Positions 56,297-64,000 of a stretch of DNA of 64,000 nt are shown in pieces; the first letter of the stretch is position 1, and every line of letters begins with the position of its first letter. Source of the stretch: Eledone cirrhosa. Lineage: Eukaryota. The notes under the pieces were generated by a model. It did not search any database. It was not told where the DNA came from and worked only from the letters and a program-made list of their open reading frames with translations. The stretch covers positions 48,546,001 through 48,610,000 of the forward strand of contig OZ024742.1 of the NCBI GenBank assembly GCA_964016885.1, written 5' to 3'. The position numbers were made by a program, and so were the translations under genes.

Positions 56297-58266
56297 GAAA
56301 AAATGATATTATTGAAAAAATGATTGGGACAATTCTTTTAAACAAATGTTTTATAATGTATATGAAATATATCAAGTATTACCGGTTTCGATGTATCATT
56401 AAAATTCATGAGGAACCTCCTTGCATTACTACAAAAATACCGCAGTAGCCTAACCACAAAAGATCGTGAATACAAGTATAATACAAGTGTTTTCTACAGC
56501 TTACCGAAGATACATAAATGTAAACTCATAAGCAATGCCTGTGGCACTTCGACTAACAAATACATACAATTAACACCACCAGAAGACTTAAAACTGAGAC
56601 CAATTATAGCAGGCCCTGCATGTGAAACCCACAGACCTAGAAACTTCCTGGACATCCTAATAAAGCCCTTACTAACACATATACAGAGCGACATAGGGAT
56701 GACTTTGATATGCTGAACCATCTACCCAAAACAGTAACTGAAAACACAATTATTGTCTCCCTTGGCGTAGTAAACCTCTACATAACATACCCCATAACCA
56801 TGGAATAACAGCAATCCAGTATTGACTAGACACTCACCAATTTGAAATACCAACACGCATCAACAAAATCTTCCTTATTGATGGACTCCGATTTATCTTA
56901 CAGAATAATTTCTTTACTTCCATTGACTCAACATCCCGACAAATCTCAGGGACTGCAATGGGCACAAAGGTAGCCCCCACATACACCAACTTAGTCATGG
57001 GATTCCACGAATAACAAATCTACAACCAATTCCTTCTATTATTCGGAGACTCTCTCCTTACACATCTCGAAAATAATTGGAAGAAATACCTAAAAGATTG
57101 CTTCATACTATGGCAAGAAGATATGATTACACTCACTCTTTTCAAAAATATGATTAACTACATTAACAATAATATACAATTCACAATGGAATCCAAGTCC
57201 AAGGAATTAGCCTTCTTGTATCATCTCATTCTAAAAACAGATGGGAAAATAGAAACAGACATCTTTTATAAACCCACGGACTCCAAACCACGGACTCAAA
57301 TATCCCAAAAACATACAAAACTTAACATTCCTTTAAATTTAGCCAAATGTATGTGCACCATAGTATCAGACCCAGCTAAACGGGAACGAAGACTAAATGA
57401 ACTCAAAAACACACATACCTTAAAAGCCTTCCCACTTGACATAATTAATAACGGAATTGACAAAGCAAAACACGCAAATTTGCATCAACCCAACAGCCCA
57501 AAGCGCAGAACCACAAACAATATCTTACCATATGTATCCACGTTTAACCCCAGATACACCGAAATGTTCCACCTCCTACACAAAACCCCCCATTCTATTT
57601 AAAGATGGGAAAATGAAAACATTCTAGAAACACACAATATCATCAAAAGCAAAAGACAACCAAAATCACTAAAACACTTTCTCACTGGAACAAATATACA
57701 AAAACGTATCTCCAGCCTTATGGTAACAAAATGAGGAAGAACAAACTGTGAAAGATTCCTATACTTAACTGAAGGACATAAATACACGTTTAAAGATAGC
57801 CAAACTTTCACAGTGAAAAACAACTTCATCTATGTGATAACATGCGGCAGCTCTCGACATAACTATATAGGACAAACAGGGTGACATTACGCAAAAGAAT
57901 GACCATCCATTGCCAAAACATCCGGGACGTAAACACAAGGAAAATCCCCTTAAGTAGCCACATTGCAGATTGTGCAAGAATGATTCTACCCAACTTTAAA
58001 ATCTTCCTTCTTTACAAGTAATCCGATTCTTTCACTCAACAACAAAGAATAAACAAGAAAAAACTATTTATTAACAAATTTAAACCAAAATTAAATATAT
58101 AATCAGCCCCATTAGATCCCCCCCCCCCTCCCACACACACAACAAAATAATTTTTAGTTTTTGACATTTTTCTGAATTTTGAGGAAAAAAATTTAAAATT
58201 TCCCACCACAAAGGGACCTGTGAGAGACAAGCTGGAGCGCCCCCCCCTCCCACATATGTGCATTGT

Positions 58267-58305
<39 letters not shown>

Positions 58306-59063
58306 CACAAAACAAGAGAGAAAAAATTACTCATTCCAGAAGTTACTCTAATCTGGCTTATTTATTATTTTTTTTTATTATTTTTAGATTTCGAGAAACC
58401 TTTGGATTTTGAAAATAACTTTTGAAGATTTTTTTTAATTTCCCATCACAAAAGGACTTGTGTGACAGACAAACTGAAAACACACACACATACACACACA
58501 CGCGCCAACACCCGAGGCCTCAATTTTGAAGAAAACTTTTTTTATTTCCCACTATAGAGGGATCTGTGACAGACAGGCTGAAACACACACACACACATAC
58601 ACATGTGTGTATTGTTATATATACACCCTCACATTATATATATATATATACACACACTCCCTAAAACCATATTCCAATAATAGAATTTCTCTTACACTCC
58701 TGTTGCTGCCATAGAACATACATCTAGCTTACAATTCCCCATCCCCTTTTGAACTATTGACCAGTCAAATAACACAGTCAGATATATACACACATATTTA
58801 CAGGATGTTTCCTTTGCCCCCCGAAAACAACTTTGTTCTGTGAAGAAACATAGCTGCTGCTATCTCCACTACCACCTCTCTATTAACAACAACTCATTCT
58901 CCAGCCAAATTTAGAGCAAGAAAGATGGGGAAACTTACTCCAACATTTGATTTTAATTTTAAATCTTTAATTTTTAGTTTTTAACTCCTATTAATTCTTT
59001 TTTATTTTTATTTCAATACTCAACATTTGATAAGATGAATTTTAATTGTACATCGAAACCGAT

Positions 59064-59252
59064 AATAATTGTTTCTACTTTTGGCACAAGGCCAGCAATT
59101 ACGCAGTGCATTATTGGTACTTTATTTCATCGACCCCGTGAGGATGAAGGCAAAGTTAACCTCGGCGGGATTTGAACTCAGAATGGCAAGGGACGTAACT
59201 CTATGCGCCAAAGCATGCGTCCGACCCTCTACCGATACAGGCCATCCACCGC
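59064..59252 (-). mobile_element. tRNA-derived SINE with 18-bp flanking direct repeat
   Basis: atcgaaaccgataataat at 59052-59069 and 59273-59290. Confidence 0.88.
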
Positions 59253-59574
59253 CCTTATATATATACATTATTATCGAAACCGATAATAATGTATATACAT
59301 TATATACGTTATATACGTTTCACTAAAAGAATTGTCGCTCACATTCTTTAAGTAACGTCATTTTTTCAATAATGTCATCTTTTCTATAATGTCACTTTGA
59401 CAAATCAAAGAAAGGATAAAAAAAGAAAGTCAGACCCTTAAATACATTTTCCATGCTATTTCCAACTTCACCTTTTCTCTAAATCCACTGTCTTGTATAG
59501 AACCTTACTTACCTTTTTTAATATATATAAGTTAAAACAATGAAATTGAAAATCAAGTCATTAGAAATATACTT

Positions 59575-59713
59575 CACTGCTTTACGATCGTTTCTAGGTG
59601 ATAATACATCGTAAATATACTTTGTTTTCGATCTATGTAAGGTTAGTTACAAAATATCAAATAGGGAGAATATGTACTGACATGCATATCACCAGCTGTT
59701 GTCAAAAGCAATG
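59575..59713 (-). ncRNA. HHR with U3-A8 core and long stem II (second copy 62751-62882 +)
   Basis: cattgctt UUGACAA [long hairpin] GAAAC gatc GUA aagcagtg; 8-bp stem I. Confidence 0.72.
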
Positions 59714-60484
59714 AGAATTTTATTCAAAATTTGTAGTAAATTAGTAGTAAATTAAGTTCTATGACCTCATTTGGAGGTAGCTGAAGAACAAACCAAACAG
59801 ATTGTTTTTTTCCATATGATATTAAGATGAAAAATAATTCACTTTAGTTGAGGTCATGACCCTTTGAAAGGAATGGTTGAATGGTGTTAACAGTAGAATT
59901 GCTATAAAGAATGTATTAGGAAAAGGGGGATTGTCAAATTGATAGTTGAATGTATATGGTATAGTAAAGTTTAAAAGGAATGTAAAAATTAAATGTTGTG
60001 TTGTGTTGTATGGAGTTTTTAGGAGAATATAAATTAAGTTCATGACTAGGAAAGATAGTATATTAAAAGATGAAAATTATAAGATAATGAAATACAGTAA
60101 TACAATAATATAATACGGTGTGGTAAATTGTACATAGTATAATACAGCGTATGATACGTCTTAAAATACTTGTCCATATATAAATAATCAAACTCAGATA
60201 ACTGTATGTTGACATATTCAAAACGATATGAATTTCATAGATCACAAAATGCATATACCCACATTATAGATAGGGGAATAGTTATATTGATACACAATGA
60301 AAAAACATACATACGTATAAATAGATGTAAACATATACATACATCTATATATGTGCACACAATCATATACATATATATATTTATATATATATATTCACAT
60401 ATACACACCTATACACACATATATATATGTATATGTACACACCCACATAAACACTCATACACATATAGACGCATATACACACAT

Positions 60485-60595
<111 letters not shown>

Positions 60596-60678
60596 GTAGG
60601 AGGTGAGTTTTATTGTAGTACAATAAAGCAATGCAGATATCGGATAAAAAGCACTCTACAATTTGTAGGACTGGAGTA

Positions 60679-61012
60679 TATATAATATATAAGAACAAAA
60701 GATGGTTAAAAGAGTTCCATGTATTTTATTATACGCATTTCAAAAACAAATATCATCATGCAATAATATTTGTGTTTTCATCAGATAAAACAGGAAGACA
60801 TGATATGAAGGTTAAAAAACACTTGTGGATAGTGCAGTTATGTTGATTTAAAACTGCACTACCCACAAGTGTTTTTTAACCTTCATATCATGTCTTCCTG
60901 TTTTATCTGATGAAAACACAAATATTATTGCATGATGATATTTGTTTTTGAAATGCGCATAATAAAATACATGGAACTCTTTTAACCGTCTTTTGTTCTT
61001 ATATATTATATA
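60679..61012. mobile_element. Head-to-head palindrome of about 330 bp with an HHR on each strand
   Basis: + HHR 60901-60967: ttttat CUGAUGA [stem II] GAA atgcgcat A ataaaa; - copy 60724-60790; decayed family copy at 28161-28300. Confidence 0.85.
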
Positions 61013-64000
61013 TATATATATATTCACATATCATACATAGATACATATATACTCATGCAATTACGGGTGGTTGTGTAACTTGTTGCATAAATCTAAGGAA
61101 GCTAAAACATTAAAAGGTAAGATAGTTAGTGATACGGTTGTATTGTGATTTTGTGTTATGTTGTTTTTGTGTTGGTGATTTGGGTGGTTGTGTTTTCCAG
61201 GTTGAAGGATTGTATTATTTGTTCTTTTAAAAGGTGCAGTCCTATTTAAATTATGTTGTGGTGGTGTGGTCATATTATTTTTAAATTTATAAATGTTGTA
61301 GTTGCTTATTTTTTGCTGGAGTTTGTTTGATGTAGAGTATGAGAATTTAACAGTATACCTGTTAAATATTTGGTGGTATCTGTGGTTTGGTGGAAAATGT
61401 TAATGTAGAATTTCGAAGAATTTTTTGGGGATTTTCCAATAGTATGCAAGTTGAAGGGTGCGTTGTACCATGTTATGTTTCTTTTGCGGTTTTTAGTTAA
61501 GTTTGTATTACCATTTATATTAATGTGCTGTGTTATAGAAGAATTCCTATGGTTAGTATCTGTATTTGTGGAATTTGGTAAATTGCAGTGGTTGTATTTG
61601 GTGTTATTATTGGGTAGATTATGAGAGGTTGAATGCTTGATATTCATATGTGAGTTGATAACATTAGTCATAGAGCGTGTAGTAATAGTTGTGGTTTTTC
61701 GGTTGTTTGGTGTGATGGGAATGACCCCATTAGGTATTTGTTTCGATGGTATTTTTTGGTGTTTGTAGTTTTTGCTAGGTTTTATATTTTGGTCCATAGT
61801 AGTGTTGGGGATATATGAAATGTTTTCTTTATATCCACTTCTAGTTAAGGCCTCGTTGTAGCAGGGTGCATTATTATAAAATATATCTCCATTGGAAGAT
61901 AATTTAAAAAGTCTAAGAGATATGTTATATACTAATTTTTTGAGTATAGAGCCAGGGTGGTTAGAGCGTGAATGTACATAGTGTAGATTCTGGTTGGGTT
62001 TGAGGTAAGGTTGATAAATATTCGTATAGAGGTCTAAGGTAACATCAATGCAATTAGGTACTTTTGAAGTGTTTTCAAAGGTGATGTTATGGTTGTAATA
62101 GTCCTTGAGGAATTTTCTAATTTGTTTTTTTGTTTTTCTCTATATTAGAATTGCTAAGATTGTTAGATAACAATAGACAATCATCCCGATAAAGACCACC
62201 TTTGAGGTGGGGAAATGTATTTTAAGACGTATCATACGCTGTATTATACTATGTACAATTTACCACACCGTACGGGGCCGATAAAATAAAGTTCCAATAA
62301 TGTACTGGGTAATTGCTGGCCTTGTGCTTAAAGTAGAAACAATTATATTATATTATTGTAATACTCTATTTCATTATCTTATTATAATTTTCATCTTGTA
62401 ATATACTTTCTTTCCTAGTCATGACCTTAATTTATATTCACCTAAATTCTCCATACAACACAACTCAACATTTGATTTTTACATTCCTTTTAAACTTCAC
62501 TCTACCATATACATTCAAATATCAATTTGACAATCCCCTTTTTCCTAATACATTCTTTATAGCAATTCTATTGTTAACACCATTTAACCATTCCTTTCAA
62601 AGGGTCATGACCTCAACTAAAGTGAATTATTTTTCATCTTAATATCATATAGAAAAAAACAATCTCTTTGGTTTTTTCTTCAGCTACCTTCAAATAATGT
62701 CATAGAACTCAATTTACTACTAATTTACTACTAATTTTGAAAAAAATTCTCATTGCTTTTGACAACAGCTGGTGATATGCATGTAAGTACATATTCTCCC
62801 TATGTAACTAACCTTACATAGATCGAAAACGAAGTATAGTTACGATGTATTATCATCACCTACAAACGATCGTAAAGCAGTGAAGTATATTTCTAGTGAC
62901 TTGATTTTTTATTTCATTGTTTTAACTTATATCATGACTCTGTTTTCCTTTTAATGTTTTGTTTTCCGGGATTTATTTTAACCTACAACATTTTCAACAT
63001 ATTGATTACATTGAGTTCTTCATGCAGACTGGACTCCACAACTTACCGTGGATATCTCTGTGTATTTTGCTCCTTCAATATATTTTTTCATAATTTTTTC
63101 CACTTCTGTGATTATAATATTTAGTTGAGCTCTTTTTTTTTTTATCTAATTCCTGCATCACAATGGAAAAACAATATTTGGGTACCTCGTTGAAGAATAT
63201 TCCAATTCCACCTAAAGATGAATATCTACTCTTGCTCATACAAAAGACTAACCAATTTATTAGGAGAATGTGATGAAGGGCCTATCATTTTGACAACAAA
63301 ACCAATACAGATGAAATGAAGTACCGCTATGGATTCAAAACATACGCAAATCCCCCTCATAATATTCAACTTGAAAATTTTGAGAGCGCCCTACTGAACA
63401 TGATTAAAAACATAAAGTTCAGAAAACAGAAATCTGAATTCCAAAAGGGATTAGACTCTACTCTTCGACCACTGAACAATTCAAACAAGGTCGATGTTCA
63501 TTCTGACGAAACTGGTACTTTGTACCATATGGATATCGATAAATATAACCAGGTCATATATAAAGAACCTAGAAAAAACTATAAGAAAGCAAGCACCACC
63601 GCACTGACATCCTTGAACAACATATCATGTGATATAGTAAAATAAACTCCATATTGAAGATAGAACTGAGCCTTTCACAACCTAAGAGCCCGCACTTCAA
63701 CCTGAAGGACTATAAATCTTACTTTAATTCGAACCCATCTATTAGACTGATATGCCCATCAAAATCTGATATTGATAATATCAACAAGAGAATTATTGAT
63801 CGTATCATTCCACACATTAGTAAATGTGTAACACTTCCATTATGGGATAAAACTTCCCAAGTTACTGAATGGTTCACTAGCATAGAGAATAAAAACTCAG
63901 CTTCATTCATTGAATTCGACATTGATTCTTACTATTCTTCGATTTCTTCAATTCTTTTAAACAAAGCACTGATCTTCGCCAGAAATAGATCGGATTTATG

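Larger units (their letters stand above)
56000..59475 (+). mobile_element. 5'-truncated Penelope-like element (Neptune-like) with inverted terminal segment
   Basis: 56000-56410 is the inverse of 59036-59475; FYSLPKIHK, LRPIIAG, GTAMGTKVAPTY, TDIFYKPTDS, IYVITC..YIGQTG, FKPKLN in 56408-58100. Confidence 0.88.

Noticed and set aside
57732-57734. TGA at an expected Cys position (K*GRTNC)
   Set aside because: The copy is heavily decayed with other stops and lost Cys, so a single mutation suffices
63271-63276. In-frame TGA TGA in a Naiad-like ORF (some Naiads are selenoproteins)
   Set aside because: They align to R and W of MRWRA, not Cys; the conserved Cys of the 30393 element are ordinary codons; no SECIS recognised

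Overview
AT-rich, microsatellite-dense eukaryotic DNA with no recognisable host exon. The repeat content (a tRNA-derived SINE with a Nin/Deu-like core, abundant Penelope-like elements) suggests an octopod cephalopod, which is an inference. Almost all listed ORFs are (TA)n/(CA)n artefacts. The real content is decayed mobile DNA: four large Penelope-like elements (PLEs, two Naiad-like), RTE-type LINE pieces (one with a 5' inversion), mariner, hAT, Helitron and CRE fragments, and about 15 SINE copies. The main hidden signal is more than 25 type I hammerhead ribozyme (HHR) motifs, intact to decayed, found by hand. (1) A non-coding 465-bp tandem repeat has two intact HHRs and an upstream octamer (retrozyme-like, candidate circular RNA), and a related dispersed 430-450-bp family exists. 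(2) At least three unrelated PLE families carry a compensatory U3-A8 core (UUGANAA). (3) Several HHRs have very long stem II insertions. (4) Fold-back mini-elements inside (TA)n are centred on or next to the ribozyme. All folds were read by eye and none has been tested computationally or biochemically.
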